Below, piece after piece: positions 1 through 9,574 of a stretch of DNA of 64,000 nt; within the stretch, counting starts at the first letter, position 1; every line of letters starts with the position of its first letter. The DNA comes from Pseudomonadota bacterium (GTDB lineage Bacteria > Pseudomonadota > Gammaproteobacteria > Xanthomonadales > SZUA-38). The notes below the pieces were generated by a model. It did no database searches, was not told the origin of the DNA, and was given only the letters and a program-made list of their open reading frames with translations. The DNA lies in contig JBCCVP010000001.1 of the NCBI GenBank assembly GCA_039195135.1, forward strand, positions 33,839-97,838, in the 5' to 3' direction. The position numbers and the translations under genes are program-made.

Positions 1-1135
1 CACCGGAGTAGACCACCAGCGGACCGCTGTCGGCCTGGATGGTTGTGGCGCATTCGTGCTTGAAGCGCCCCATGGCGGTGCGCTTTTTAGGCGTCGACCG
101 CGGGTTGTAGGGGTCGACCTCGACAATCCAGCCAAACCGGAAAGCCTCGTTCGGCTCCTGGGCTACGTCGAAACGCCGCTCGACAAATTCCCAGCCACGC
201 CGGCTGGCACCGCCGGGCAGGGGAACGCGGCGGTGAAATTCGACCACTTGCGGATCAGCATCGGGACCGCTGGCGTAGGCGTCGAAATTGCCAAAGTACT
301 GATCAAAGTTTTCCTCAGCGGTCAGGTAAGTGCCCCAGGGAGTTCGGCCGCCGGCACAGTTGTTCAGCGTGCCAAACACGCGCGTGCCGCTGGGATCGTC
401 GGAGGTTTGCAATAGATCGTGACCCGCGGCCGGGCCGGTGATGTCGATGGGGCTAAACCCACTGATACGGCGGTTGTACTGGGATTCACGAACAAACTCC
501 CATTGTCCAGCAACTCGCTGTATTTCAACCACTGATACGCCATGGGCCGCGATGGCCAGACGAACCCCCTCCGGGGCTGCCTGGGCAAACTCCTGGGAGT
601 TTTCCGCTGTCAGGGCGGACGGAAACATCAGCGATTCGATGGTGTATTCGTGGTTGACGCAGAGCAAACCGTGAGACGAACCGGACAAGGAAAAGTACTC
701 CACGGCGTCGCAGTTATAGCCAAACTGGCTGGCCTGAGCTTCCGCGGCTCCCGGCTGCTCCAGGGCGCCGAGGGAGATGGCGTCCCAATCCATATCTGGG
801 ACGTTGGGATCAAGCGATTCACCCCAGCGGATGACCACCTGGTCGGTGTAGCCCGGCGGAACGTGGATACGATCGTCGGCGACGCCATCGATGGGGTCAA
901 AGGTGAGGGAATCAGAAACCCGCCCGTTGCGGCCTGCCAGGACGGCAAGGTTCACCGCGGAGGCCGAGCTTGAGGCCACGGCCCCGCCTACAGCGGCAGC
1001 ACCCTTGATCAGATTACGGCGTTTGAGCCGGGCGCCCAGCACACGCCCGAAGGGTGTTCCGGCCTCGGGCCGCTCGTCGAGATCTACGTCAACCAGAGAT
1101 TCGTCGAGCGGTGAGTCGACCTTTTTGTGAGTCAT
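1..1135 (-). CDS. phoX: PhoX-family (DUF839) Tat-exported alkaline phosphatase; C-terminus lies beyond the window start
   Basis: My own minus-strand translation from the ATG at 1135 gives MTHKKVDSPLDESLVDVDLDERPEAGTPFGRVLGARLKRRNLIKGAAAVGGAVASSSASA. It has a twin-arginine motif (RRNLIKG). It then shows FDPIDGVADDRIHVPPGYTDQVVIRWGE, LLCVNHEYT and NCAGGRTPWGTYLTAEENFD blocks typical of PhoX. The frame stays open to base 1, so the gene is absent from the ORF track because it runs off the edge. Confidence 0.8.
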   Translation of the reverse strand, partial: MTHKKVDSPLDESLVDVDLDERPEAGTPFGRVLGARLKRRNLIKGAAAVGGAVASSSASAVNLAVLAGRNGRVSDSLTFDPIDGVADDRIHVPPGYTDQVVIRWGESLDPNVPDMDWDAISLGALEQPGAAEAQASQFGYNCDAVEYFSLSGSSHGLLCVNHEYTIESLMFPSALTAENSQEFAQAAPEGVRLAIAAHGVSVVEIQRVAGQWEFVRESQYNRRISGFSPIDITGPAAGHDLLQTSDDPSGTRVFGTLNNCAGGRTPWGTYLTAEENFDQYFGNFDAYASGPDADPQVVEFHRRVPLPGGASRRGWEFVERRFDVAQEPNEAFRFGWIVEVDPYNPRSTPKKRTAMGRFKHECATTIQADSGPLVVYSG

Positions 1136-1416
1136 GATATCCCCTTGGATTTGAGATGGTGACGAGACCGTAAAAAGGGGACATGACGGGATCGTGACGC
1201 CCATATGAACGTTTATTGGGATCAGCGTCGTCAGTCGAGGAGCGCGGCATACCCCTCTGATTTCTTTCAAAATTGCACTCTGCCGTCAGAAGCGCCAGAC
1301 AGCTCGATCGGCCGTGTTGTCATATCCTGGTCATCGCCGGCGCACCTCCCGGCTGCTTGCATGACGATCTGCGGCGACGTCATCGGGGCAAACACGGCTG
1401 CCTCGCGTCGAATTCG

Positions 1417-1449
1417 TTGTAGACGCAAATGAGAACAAATATAATTTAG
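1417..1449 (+). promoter_or_regulatory. Candidate sigma70 promoter (TTGTAG-17 bp-TATAAT) overlapped by a Fur-box-like element, upstream of the ECF sigma gene
   Basis: TTGTAG lies at 1417-1422 and a perfect TATAAT at 1440-1445, with a 17-bp spacer, about 32 nt before the GTG at 1478. GCAAATGAGAACAAATATA (1425-1443) matches the Fur consensus GATAATGATAATCATTATC at 12 of 19 positions by hand alignment. Confidence 0.45.
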
Positions 1450-1477
1450 ATTCCTCTCATAATCGGAGCCGCCCCGG

Positions 1478-1975
1478 GTGGACGACTCTATTAGTGAGCC
1501 GCTCCAGCTGCTCGCGGATCGATCGATCCGCGGCTATGTTCGACGACTCGTAGGCTTTTCCGACCGCGCTGACGATGTGCTGCAAACGGTTGCAGAGAAA
1601 CTCCTGACTCGCCGCGGCCAAATCCGCGACCCGCATCACTTTTTGATTCAGGCCGCTCGCAACACGGTTATTGACGAATTTCGCGCCCGCGAGCGTCGCG
1701 ACTCGCGAGAGCAAAGCTATGCGGACGCTACGGCAGCGGCAAACAGCGAAGAACCGGAAGCGGCCTGTGAGCTTGAGCAGTTTTTGGATTCCCTGGGAGT
1801 CGCGCTGGGCGAGCTGCCTTTGCTAAGCCAAAGCCTTTTCTGGGAACACTATGTCCAGGGACACACGCAGTCGGACCTCGCCAAATTGCATTGCCTGCAC
1901 ATTTCGACGGTAGAAAAACACCTCCGGAGAGCAAGAAGGCATTGCTTCCAGCGACTGTCGGCGCAGCGCAGCTGA
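1478..1975 (+). CDS. ECF (sigma-70 family, FecI-like) RNA polymerase sigma factor
   Basis: 165 aa with a GTG start. Region-2-like segment HHFLIQAARNTVIDEFRARERRD. Region-4 HTH segment QSDLAKLHCLHISTVEKHLRRARRHCFQRL. It sits immediately upstream of a FecR-like gene and an STN-domain TonB receptor. Confidence 0.85.
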   Translation: MDDSISEPLQLLADRSIRGYVRRLVGFSDRADDVLQTVAEKLLTRRGQIRDPHHFLIQAARNTVIDEFRARERRDSREQSYADATAAANSEEPEAACELEQFLDSLGVALGELPLLSQSLFWEHYVQGHTQSDLAKLHCLHISTVEKHLRRARRHCFQRLSAQRS

Positions 1976-2046
1976 CCAGGCCCGCTCGGTGGCATCGGCC
2001 CCTGTGTCCCGTGTACGGTAGCAAGTCCCACCGCTTGAGCGACCGA

Positions 2047-3060
2047 ATGGACGCGAAGCAGAAAACTGAGGAGGAAGCGCTCGCGCTGGTCGAAAGCGCT
2101 GCCCGTCTGTCCGATGAAGAACGCGCACCGTTGTTCGCAGCTTTTGCGGCGCGCTCCGGTGCTCACGAAGAGGCGCTGCAGTGGGCTCAGCGTTATCTGC
2201 GCTTGCTCTCGCAGGCTGGCAAGCCACGGTTCAGTGAGCACGATATGCGTCGGATTCGTCGCCAGGCGAACATCGCGCGACTCGCCGAGCCCAGCCGCTG
2301 GGTGCCGGTTGTCGCTGCCCTGGCGTTGCTCGCCACCTTTCTGGTCACACGATCCCTTCCGCGAGCACCGACCGCCCCGCAACCGCTGGCCGGCGCGACG
2401 GAAAAGCTTGAGATTGCCTACGAAACCGGCCGGGCTCACCGTCAGGTCTCTCTCGAAGATGGTTCAACGCTGTGGCTGGATTGGCACAGTCGGGTTGTTG
2501 TCGGCCTGGACGACGATGCGCGGCGGATTTCGCTGTCTCGGGGACGGGCTGCGTTCTCGGTTGCAGCCGACGCTCAGCGCCCTTTCATCGTGACCGCGGG
2601 TGGCCTGACCACGCGGGTCACGGGAACCCAGTTTGAGGTTGACCTGCGCGGCCAGAACGGACCGGCCGTCGGCGTGGTGGAAGGTTCGGTAAAGGTATCC
2701 TTTGAATCTCAAGCCGTGACGCTTGGCGCCAGGGGTCAGGTTCACCTGCGCCAGCGTGTGCTGGAGCGCTCCCAGGATCCGTTTGGCGATCAGGTCGCCA
2801 GCTGGCGCGACGGGCGCCTGGTGCTGCGCGAAGTCAGCCTGAGTGAGGCGATCGCTGCGCTGCAGCCGTATAGCCGCTTCACTGTCGATATGTCGCGGAT
2901 TGAGCATATCTCAGCTCGGGTGTCAGGCACGTATTTTGCGGATCGTGCCGATGACGGACTGCTGGGGTTGGCGCAAACCCATCGCCTGGTGGTTGAGCAG
3001 CGCGGCCAGACGCTGGTGCTGAAGCCGGGCCGCCCCACGAGAGCATCGCTCACTCGCTAG
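2047..3060 (+). CDS. FecR-family transmembrane anti-sigma factor / sensor
   Basis: I prefer the in-frame ATG at 2047 (MDAKQKTEEEALALV...) because the 1891 start would overlap the sigma gene. There is a central hydrophobic helix (WVPVVAALALLATFLV). The FecR-type periplasmic domain reads LEDGSTLWLDWHSRVVV...RGRAAFSVAADAQRPFIVTAGGLTTRVTGTQFEVDL. Confidence 0.8.
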   Translation: MDAKQKTEEEALALVESAARLSDEERAPLFAAFAARSGAHEEALQWAQRYLRLLSQAGKPRFSEHDMRRIRRQANIARLAEPSRWVPVVAALALLATFLVTRSLPRAPTAPQPLAGATEKLEIAYETGRAHRQVSLEDGSTLWLDWHSRVVVGLDDDARRISLSRGRAAFSVAADAQRPFIVTAGGLTTRVTGTQFEVDLRGQNGPAVGVVEGSVKVSFESQAVTLGARGQVHLRQRVLERSQDPFGDQVASWRDGRLVLREVSLSEAIAALQPYSRFTVDMSRIEHISARVSGTYFADRADDGLLGLAQTHRLVVEQRGQTLVLKPGRPTRASLTR

Positions 3061-3086
3061 CAAGACCAAGGGCCGGGACGGCGGGC

Positions 3087-3110
3087 CCACCTCACATCGG
3101 TGGTTTTTTT
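3087..3110 (+). terminator. Weak hairpin plus T7 tract between fecR-like gene and receptor gene (possible attenuator/terminator)
   Basis: CCACC (3087-3091) and GGTGG (3099-3103) form a 5-bp stem around a 7-nt loop, followed by TTTTTTT (3104-3110). The stem is short, so this is a weak call. Confidence 0.3.
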
Positions 3111-3202
3111 GTCCTGCAGCGTCCGGGTTTTTGCCGACCGTGCCGTCTGTCCCTGAGGCGGGCAGGTTTTTCGCCCCGCGATCCCTATAAGACGGAGTTG
3201 AT

Positions 3203-5683
3203 ATGAAAACCACGCACCGGATATCCCGGGCCTTCGGCATGGCATTGATCATCGTGAGCGCCGGACTGGCAAGTATCGCCCAGGGCGCCGACGACGCACC
3301 CTTGCGGTTTGAGATTGAACCCCAGTCGCTGGAACAGGCGCTGGAGCGCTTTGCCGAGCTGACGCGACGTCAGGTCACCGTCGATCCGGCCGCTATCCGA
3401 GGCCTGAGAAGCCCGCGCATCTCTGGAAACATGACGGCGGAAGCCGCGCTGACGGAGCTGCTCGCGGGAACAGGACTTGAGGTCGTCCAGATTAACGGAA
3501 CCGATTTTGCGGTGAGGGCGGCGGAAGGCCAGCCCGACCGCGATCCGCGCCCGGACACCATGGAGCTCGAAGAGGTTCGTGTTGTCGGTCACTACCGGGA
3601 CTACGACGCGACGCGGGGCGACAGCTTTCAGCTTGGGCTGGATCTATTGCGTACGCCCGCGGCGGTCAGCGTGATCAGTCAGGACCTGCTGCAGGATCTT
3701 CAGGTCAACAACGTGGACGAGGCGCTGCGTAACGTGGCCGGCCTGACCCGCTTTAAGACCGGCAACGGCGGCGAAGAGCGATTAACTATCCGGGGTTTCG
3801 GCGCGTCGCTGTTTAAGGACGGCATGCGAAGCAACAACGGTACGAATCAAGCCAACGTGCCGTCCACCGAGCCCGGAAATCTTGAGCGAATCGAGGTGCT
3901 CAAGGGGCCGTCGGCGCTGCTGTACGGGCGTGGTGGCCCCGGCGGCGTGGTCAACTACAGCACCAAGCGCCCGGAATTTGAGCGTTCGTCCACCCTGGAA
4001 CTGCTCGCCGGCAGCTATGATTTCTACAAGGCCGAGTTCGACACCACGGGCGCTTTTTCCGAAGGCAGTCCCTGGGCGTACCGGTTGGTGGCCATCTATG
4101 AAAACTCCGAGAGCTTTCGCGATGAGCTGTCGCGAGAGCGTTTGCTTCTTAACCCGAGCATCTCCTGGACCGGGGACCGGGGAAGCCTGGTCGCCGGCAT
4201 CGAGTACATCGATGATGACTACACCCAGGACCGTGGCCAGGTGCTGGATGGCGAACTTTTCGGCGGGTATTTTTACAGCGAACGCCAGGCTTTTGATCAG
4301 TTCTACGGCATACCCGGCTTTAACGATCAGTCGGTCTCCGAGGCCACCCGGGGCTACCTGATGGCGGACTGGGAGTTTTCCGACGCCTGGCGCATCGAGG
4401 CCACGGCTGCCCGTATCGAAAACGACAAAGAGCTTTTCGACACCAATGCGGGGATCGCCACCCCAACGTTTGGATTTATCGGAACGGAAACGGCGGGGCT
4501 GAACAACGTCGCCTTGATCACCGCCAACCGGACGGAAGCGACGGGCGAAACCACCCAGCTGTCGCTCAGGAACTTTATCAACCTTCAGGGCCCCGGCGGC
4601 GTGGAACATCAGATTCTGGCGTCGCTGACCTACGAGGGCTACGAACAGGATGGGCGAGGTTTTGGCAGCACCGACACGGTGTTTTTCAACGTGGTGGATC
4701 GCACCTATGCGGTGAACAATCCGTTTGCGCCGGTGGACAATCCGGCAGACTTTCTAACGTTTGTTGAAACAGGCTTCGGCGTCGCGTCGGACTTCAGCGA
4801 GCTGGGTATCAACGTGCTCGACTACATCACCCTGAACGAAAACTGGGCAATTCTCGCCGGCTTTCGCTACTCGGACTTTACCGATGACCTCCAGAACTTC
4901 GAGGATGATGACCTGAGCTTCCGCGGTGGCGTTGTATATACCTTCAACGACACGCTTTCGACCTATCTGAGTTATGCCGAGGGCTACACCTCTTCCGGCG
5001 GTCGACTGGATCTGAACGAAGAAGTGATCGACCCAACCACCTCCACGTCCTGGGAACTCGGCCTGAAGTGGCAGCCGAACGGTGATGAGCTGCTGGTTAC
5101 CGGCACGCTGTTCAGCGTTACCGAAGAAGGTGTCGCGTTCCTCGCTAACCCGCTGGCACCCCCGGCACAACAGCGTTTCGGCAACATCGGCGAGTATGAA
5201 ACCCGGGGTCTGGAGCTGGAGGTTGTTGGACGCATCAACGATCGCTGGCGGGTCCAGGCCGGCTATGCCTATCTCGACAACGAGATTATCGACGGCGGCA
5301 CCACGCTGGTATTCGGCCCCCTGCAGTTTGGCTTCGATGAGGGCAACCGTTTTGGCGGTATCGCCGACCACAACCTCAACCTGGCGTCGTTCTACGAGCT
5401 GTCGGTTGCGGGCGGTCTGCTTGGCTTTGGCGGCAGCGCTTACTACCAGGATGATGTCTTCATCAGTGCCGAGAACTCAGCGGTCTACGACAGCTGGGTT
5501 GAAGTGGGTCTGATGAGCTACTTCCGCAAAGGAAAGTGGAAAGTCCAGCTGAACGTCAACAACGTGTTCGACGAGGAGTACAACCTCACCCAAAACGGCG
5601 CCACGCCCGACGCATTTGCCGCCTTTAGAGTAGGCACGTCCATACCCCGAACCGTCATCGCCTCCTTTGCCTATGAGTTCTAG
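3203..5683 (+). CDS. TonB-dependent transducer (siderophore-type receptor with N-terminal STN signalling domain, FecA/FpvA-like)
   Basis: 826 aa with a signal peptide (ALIIVSAGLASIAQGA). The STN-like domain reads LRFEIEPQSLEQALERFAELTRRQVTVDPAAIRGL...AEAALTELLAGTGLEVVQINGTDFAVR. The plug segment reads AAVSVISQDLLQDLQVNNVDEALRNVAGL...IRGF. The C-terminus ends ...ASFAYEF with a terminal aromatic residue. Confidence 0.9.
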   Translation: MKTTHRISRAFGMALIIVSAGLASIAQGADDAPLRFEIEPQSLEQALERFAELTRRQVTVDPAAIRGLRSPRISGNMTAEAALTELLAGTGLEVVQINGTDFAVRAAEGQPDRDPRPDTMELEEVRVVGHYRDYDATRGDSFQLGLDLLRTPAAVSVISQDLLQDLQVNNVDEALRNVAGLTRFKTGNGGEERLTIRGFGASLFKDGMRSNNGTNQANVPSTEPGNLERIEVLKGPSALLYGRGGPGGVVNYSTKRPEFERSSTLELLAGSYDFYKAEFDTTGAFSEGSPWAYRLVAIYENSESFRDELSRERLLLNPSISWTGDRGSLVAGIEYIDDDYTQDRGQVLDGELFGGYFYSERQAFDQFYGIPGFNDQSVSEATRGYLMADWEFSDAWRIEATAARIENDKELFDTNAGIATPTFGFIGTETAGLNNVALITANRTEATGETTQLSLRNFINLQGPGGVEHQILASLTYEGYEQDGRGFGSTDTVFFNVVDRTYAVNNPFAPVDNPADFLTFVETGFGVASDFSELGINVLDYITLNENWAILAGFRYSDFTDDLQNFEDDDLSFRGGVVYTFNDTLSTYLSYAEGYTSSGGRLDLNEEVIDPTTSTSWELGLKWQPNGDELLVTGTLFSVTEEGVAFLANPLAPPAQQRFGNIGEYETRGLELEVVGRINDRWRVQAGYAYLDNEIIDGGTTLVFGPLQFGFDEGNRFGGIADHNLNLASFYELSVAGGLLGFGGSAYYQDDVFISAENSAVYDSWVEVGLMSYFRKGKWKVQLNVNNVFDEEYNLTQNGATPDAFAAFRVGTSIPRTVIASFAYEF

Positions 5684-5775
5684 CTGGGCGGCCCACGCCT
5701 GCTAAGGAACCGCGCGGGTTTTCTCGTCGGGCGGCGTCTGCTGCGCCGCAACCGATTCTTGCCGCCAGGCCGAGA

Positions 5776-6993
5776 TCAGTTTGCCCCGTATTCGGTTTCG
5801 ATCAGAATCTCGTTGTGCAGCGTTTTGTGCACCGGGCAGCGGTCGGCAATTTCCAACAGTCGGGCTCGCTGCGCCTCGGTCAGATCACCTTCGATATGCA
5901 CCACTTTCCGGATGCGGTCCACATAGCCGTCGCTTGATTCGCAGGCCTGGCAGTCCTCCGCGTGGACACGGTCATGCACAAGATCAACGTCGATGCTGTC
6001 CAGCTTGAGCTTCTTGTGGTTGGCGTACATGCGCATCGTCATCGACGTGCAGGTACCCAGAGCCGCCAGCAGATACTCATACGGGTTGGGACCGCGGTTG
6101 TGCCCGCCCACCTGCTCCGGCTCATCGGCAAGCAGCCGGTGAGCCGGCGTTTCCACGACGCGCGTAAACGCCTTGTTGGCCTCGGTGATCCGCACGTGGC
6201 CCGGCGCGACGGCAGCCGGTTCCGCATCGGTGACGGGCTGCGCCAGGTAGCGTCCGGCCCAGGCGGCGATAACCTCCGCGGCGTACTTGGCGTCTTCCCG
6301 GCGGCTCAGCAGATGGTCCGCCCGGTCCAGCGACACAAAACTCTTGGAGTGTCGCGCGGCCGTGTAGATGCGTGATGCTTCGTCGATAGGCACGATGCCG
6401 TCCAGCGGAGAATGCAGCACCAGCAGCGCCTTTTTGAGTTTTGCGATGTGGCTCGTGTCGTTATGCCGGTCGAGATCCTCCAGGAACTGGCGCTGGATCG
6501 TAAACTTCCGGCCGGCCAGTTCCACCTCGACCGCGTCCGCCTCGCGGATCTCCTGCTCTTTTTCGCTCATCAGGTGTTTGACGTGCTCCGCCGTTGCCGG
6601 CGCACCGATCGTGGCCACCGCCCGGACCTTGGGCAAAGCATGGGCCGCCGCAAGCACCGCGGCTCCTCCGAGACTGTGGCCGATCAGCAGCTTCGGCGCC
6701 TGGTACTCCGCGGCCAGAAATTTCGCCGCAGCAAGCAGGTCCTGGACGTTGCCGGAAAAATTGGTGTTGGCAAAGTCGCCGTCGCTGCCGCCAAGGCCGG
6801 TGAAGTCGAAGCGCAGAGTGGCGATGCCTGCCTCCGCCAGGGTGCGCGTAATGCGCGATGCCGCGGTCAGGTCCTTGCCGCAGGTAAAGCAGTGGGCAAA
6901 GAGCGCATACGCCCGCGGCTGGTCGGGCGACTCCAGAAGTCCGGCAAGCTGCTCCCCCTGGCTGTTGGCAAACTCAATTTTCTGTCGCTGCAA
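5776..6993 (-). CDS. Bifunctional alpha/beta-hydrolase / OsmC-family protein
   Basis: The N-terminal hydrolase fold has the nucleophile elbow GHSLGG. The C-terminal OsmC-like domain reads GPNPYEYLLAALGTCTSMTMRMYA...LLEIADRCPVH. Both candidate starts are TTG. I prefer 6993 (LQRQKIEF...) because AGGAGA lies about 6 nt upstream; the ORF-track start is 7020. Confidence 0.8.
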   Translation of the reverse strand: MQRQKIEFANSQGEQLAGLLESPDQPRAYALFAHCFTCGKDLTAASRITRTLAEAGIATLRFDFTGLGGSDGDFANTNFSGNVQDLLAAAKFLAAEYQAPKLLIGHSLGGAAVLAAAHALPKVRAVATIGAPATAEHVKHLMSEKEQEIREADAVEVELAGRKFTIQRQFLEDLDRHNDTSHIAKLKKALLVLHSPLDGIVPIDEASRIYTAARHSKSFVSLDRADHLLSRREDAKYAAEVIAAWAGRYLAQPVTDAEPAAVAPGHVRITEANKAFTRVVETPAHRLLADEPEQVGGHNRGPNPYEYLLAALGTCTSMTMRMYANHKKLKLDSIDVDLVHDRVHAEDCQACESSDGYVDRIRKVVHIEGDLTEAQRARLLEIADRCPVHKTLHNEILIETEYGAN

Positions 6994-7085
6994 GGTCTTT
7001 CTCCTCGATCGGGGCCGCAAAGGCGTCGCGATTGGTGCAAAAAAATCGCACTAGGTAGAAGCACCATGCTAACGGATCGACCGAA

Positions 7086-9515
7086 ATGAAATCCGCACTC
7101 CTGAGCCTGCTGGGCGTTGTTCTTCTCCTTGAAACCGGCGCCGCCGCGGTGCTGGAGGTCACCCGGTCCACCACGCTGGGCGGCAGCGGCAACGACAGCG
7201 TTGCCGGGATGGCGGTGGGGCCCGACGGATCGGTGTATCTCACCGGGACTACCTTGTCCGCAGACTTTGCCGGCAACCTGAGCGCCGTAGGCGAAGATGT
7301 TTTTGTGCTGCGAATGAACCCGGACTCGACCCTGGCCTACGTGCGCCTTCTGAGCGGCAACGGCACCGACAATGCCCTGGCCATTACGGTGGACGGCGCC
7401 GGCAATGCCTACGTACTGGCCCAGACCGACTCGACGGATCTGCCTGCTCCAAATGGATTTCTGACCACACCGCAGGGGGAAACGGATGCGTATGTAGCCC
7501 GTTTCGACGCCAGCGGCAATCAGGTTTACGGCTCCTACTATGGCGGCCCGGATTTTGACGGCCAGTTTGACGGGGGCATTACCTGGGACTCGGACGGACA
7601 GGTCTACATCACCAGCCGCACCGAAGACCCGGCCAGCGGCCTGCCTACCCTCAATGCCTACGAAACGAGCTGTGCGGTGCCGCCCTGTATCCTCCTGGCC
7701 GGCTTTGACACCAATCAAATCGGCGCCGCGTCGCTGATCTACGGCGGCTATGCCGGTGGCAGCGGTGGCGAGGCCGGCTTTGAGATCGACACCGACGCAG
7801 CCGGCAACGTGTACGTGTTTGGCTTCACCGAATCAGCCAGCGACCTGGTCACCGCCGGTCAGGGTTTTCAGGACACGATCGGCAGCATCAATGAGCGGGA
7901 CCACTTCCTGCTGAAGCTGGACCCGGCAGCGAACGGTGCCGCCCAGCTTGTCTACTCCACTTTTATCGGCGGCGATGGCGATGAGGAGGAGGTGGGCGGC
8001 TTTCACGTGGCGGCCAACGGTTCCGTCTGGGTGACCGGCAATACCACCTCGACCAACCTGGCGACGCCGGGCGCGTACCAGACCACCCTGGGTGGCGCCA
8101 CCGACGCCTATCTGATTGCCATCGATACCACCGTTAGCGGGGCCGCCTCCAGGTTGTGGACCACTTATCTCGGCGGCACCGAAGACGAAACCGGCTGGAA
8201 CGTCGCCCGAGCCAACGATGGAACGCTGTGGGTCGGCCTGGTGTCCGCCTCGCCAGGCTTGAGCGAGGTCAGTCCGCTGCCGGCGTTTTTTGACGTGGGC
8301 CCGCCGGCCGGCTTTGACGATGTTGGCTTGCTGGCAAGCTTTTCGCCGGATGGAACCACACTTCAACAGTTAACCCGCTTTGCCCGGGCGGTGCGCTTCC
8401 TGCCGGTGCCCACCCAGTGGGTTTCAGACCAGCTGTTTGTATCGGCGAGCGTGTCCGGCAGCGCCTTTCTAGGCAACGCCGGCCCTGCACAACCGGCGGG
8501 GGCCCGGGACCTGTATACCGGCCGCTTTTCGGTAAGCACCGACCGGGGTCTGACCCTGGACGTGGAGGCAGGATTCGACCAGATACCGGCCGCCGGCAGC
8601 ACCGTGGTCAGCTATGTGATCAGCAACCGCAGCCTCCTCGATCGAACTAATGTGATGCTTAGCGCCGACTTTCCGGCGGGCGCCGCCCCGGACCGGGTGC
8701 CAACCAACTGCAGCTTTCCCAATACGCAGTTCACCTGCACCATCGGGGTACTGCGGGCCGGTGAGCAGCAGGTGATCGATATTCAGGCGACGCAGGTCAG
8801 CGGCGCCGCGCTGACCTTCAGCGCAACCGTTTCGGCAAGCGAAACCGATCCGACGCCACCGGACAATGCCGACAGCGCAACGATCACCATCCAGCCGGGC
8901 CCACCCCTGCCCCAGGCCGAGTTCCGCCTGGCCGGCTTCGACGCGGGGGTAGCCAGCGCGGATACGGGCGAACTGCTGGCCGACAGCCGGTTCGGCATCA
9001 TCGCCGGATCTCAGGGGGTCGATGCGTCAGCGTTGAACCTGCTTCGCCTGGGTGGCGGCAGCGCGCTGCCCGTCCGGAACATCAGCAACGGCGGCCAGGT
9101 GGCTTTTGGCGTGCTGGACGCAGGTCAATGGACCCCCGCCGCCAGCGACACGCTGGATCTAACGCAAACCCTCAACCCGGCCCACCGGGTATTTCTGACG
9201 TTTCGGTTTCCCAGCCAGGTGACGCTGTGGTCGGCAGCTCCATTCACGGCGCCGGTGCAGGTTGAACAAGCCCTTTACGACGCCCTGTCCGGGGAGCCGG
9301 TATTTTTCTCCGTCGATACCGTTGGCAATTCAGCCACGCTGCGGCAGGGCAGCAGAACGCTGATTAGCGCCAACCCCTTTGTTCCGGGCGCCGCGGCGGC
9401 CTCCATGCTGGGCCAGGATCAGGTTGTGAGCAGCGGTTTCGGGTCTGATTTCCTGGGCCGGGCTGTCCTCGGTCCCAGCGAGGCCAGCACCATTTTCGTC
9501 AACGGTTTCGAGTAG
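7086..9515 (+). CDS. Secreted SBBP-type beta-propeller repeat protein with a DUF11/CARDB-like Ig domain and an uncharacterised C-terminal region
   Basis: 809 aa with a signal peptide (LLSLLGVVLLLETGAAA). It has repeated units of the form GG.G.D.A..I.VD..GN.YV.G.T.S.D (for example GGSGNDSVAGMAVGPDGSVYLTGTTLSADF and GNGTDNALAITVDGAGNAYVLAQTDSTDL). The Ig-like segment reads VVSYVISNRS...FTCTIGVLRAGEQQVIDIQA. The protein ends ...STIFVNGFE. Confidence 0.7.
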   Translation: MKSALLSLLGVVLLLETGAAAVLEVTRSTTLGGSGNDSVAGMAVGPDGSVYLTGTTLSADFAGNLSAVGEDVFVLRMNPDSTLAYVRLLSGNGTDNALAITVDGAGNAYVLAQTDSTDLPAPNGFLTTPQGETDAYVARFDASGNQVYGSYYGGPDFDGQFDGGITWDSDGQVYITSRTEDPASGLPTLNAYETSCAVPPCILLAGFDTNQIGAASLIYGGYAGGSGGEAGFEIDTDAAGNVYVFGFTESASDLVTAGQGFQDTIGSINERDHFLLKLDPAANGAAQLVYSTFIGGDGDEEEVGGFHVAANGSVWVTGNTTSTNLATPGAYQTTLGGATDAYLIAIDTTVSGAASRLWTTYLGGTEDETGWNVARANDGTLWVGLVSASPGLSEVSPLPAFFDVGPPAGFDDVGLLASFSPDGTTLQQLTRFARAVRFLPVPTQWVSDQLFVSASVSGSAFLGNAGPAQPAGARDLYTGRFSVSTDRGLTLDVEAGFDQIPAAGSTVVSYVISNRSLLDRTNVMLSADFPAGAAPDRVPTNCSFPNTQFTCTIGVLRAGEQQVIDIQATQVSGAALTFSATVSASETDPTPPDNADSATITIQPGPPLPQAEFRLAGFDAGVASADTGELLADSRFGIIAGSQGVDASALNLLRLGGGSALPVRNISNGGQVAFGVLDAGQWTPAASDTLDLTQTLNPAHRVFLTFRFPSQVTLWSAAPFTAPVQVEQALYDALSGEPVFFSVDTVGNSATLRQGSRTLISANPFVPGAAAASMLGQDQVVSSGFGSDFLGRAVLGPSEASTIFVNGFE

Positions 9516-9574
9516 CAGAGGAACATCGCCGCTGCCAAAACGGTTATTCTGCGCCGTGCGTACTGGGAGGTTGC

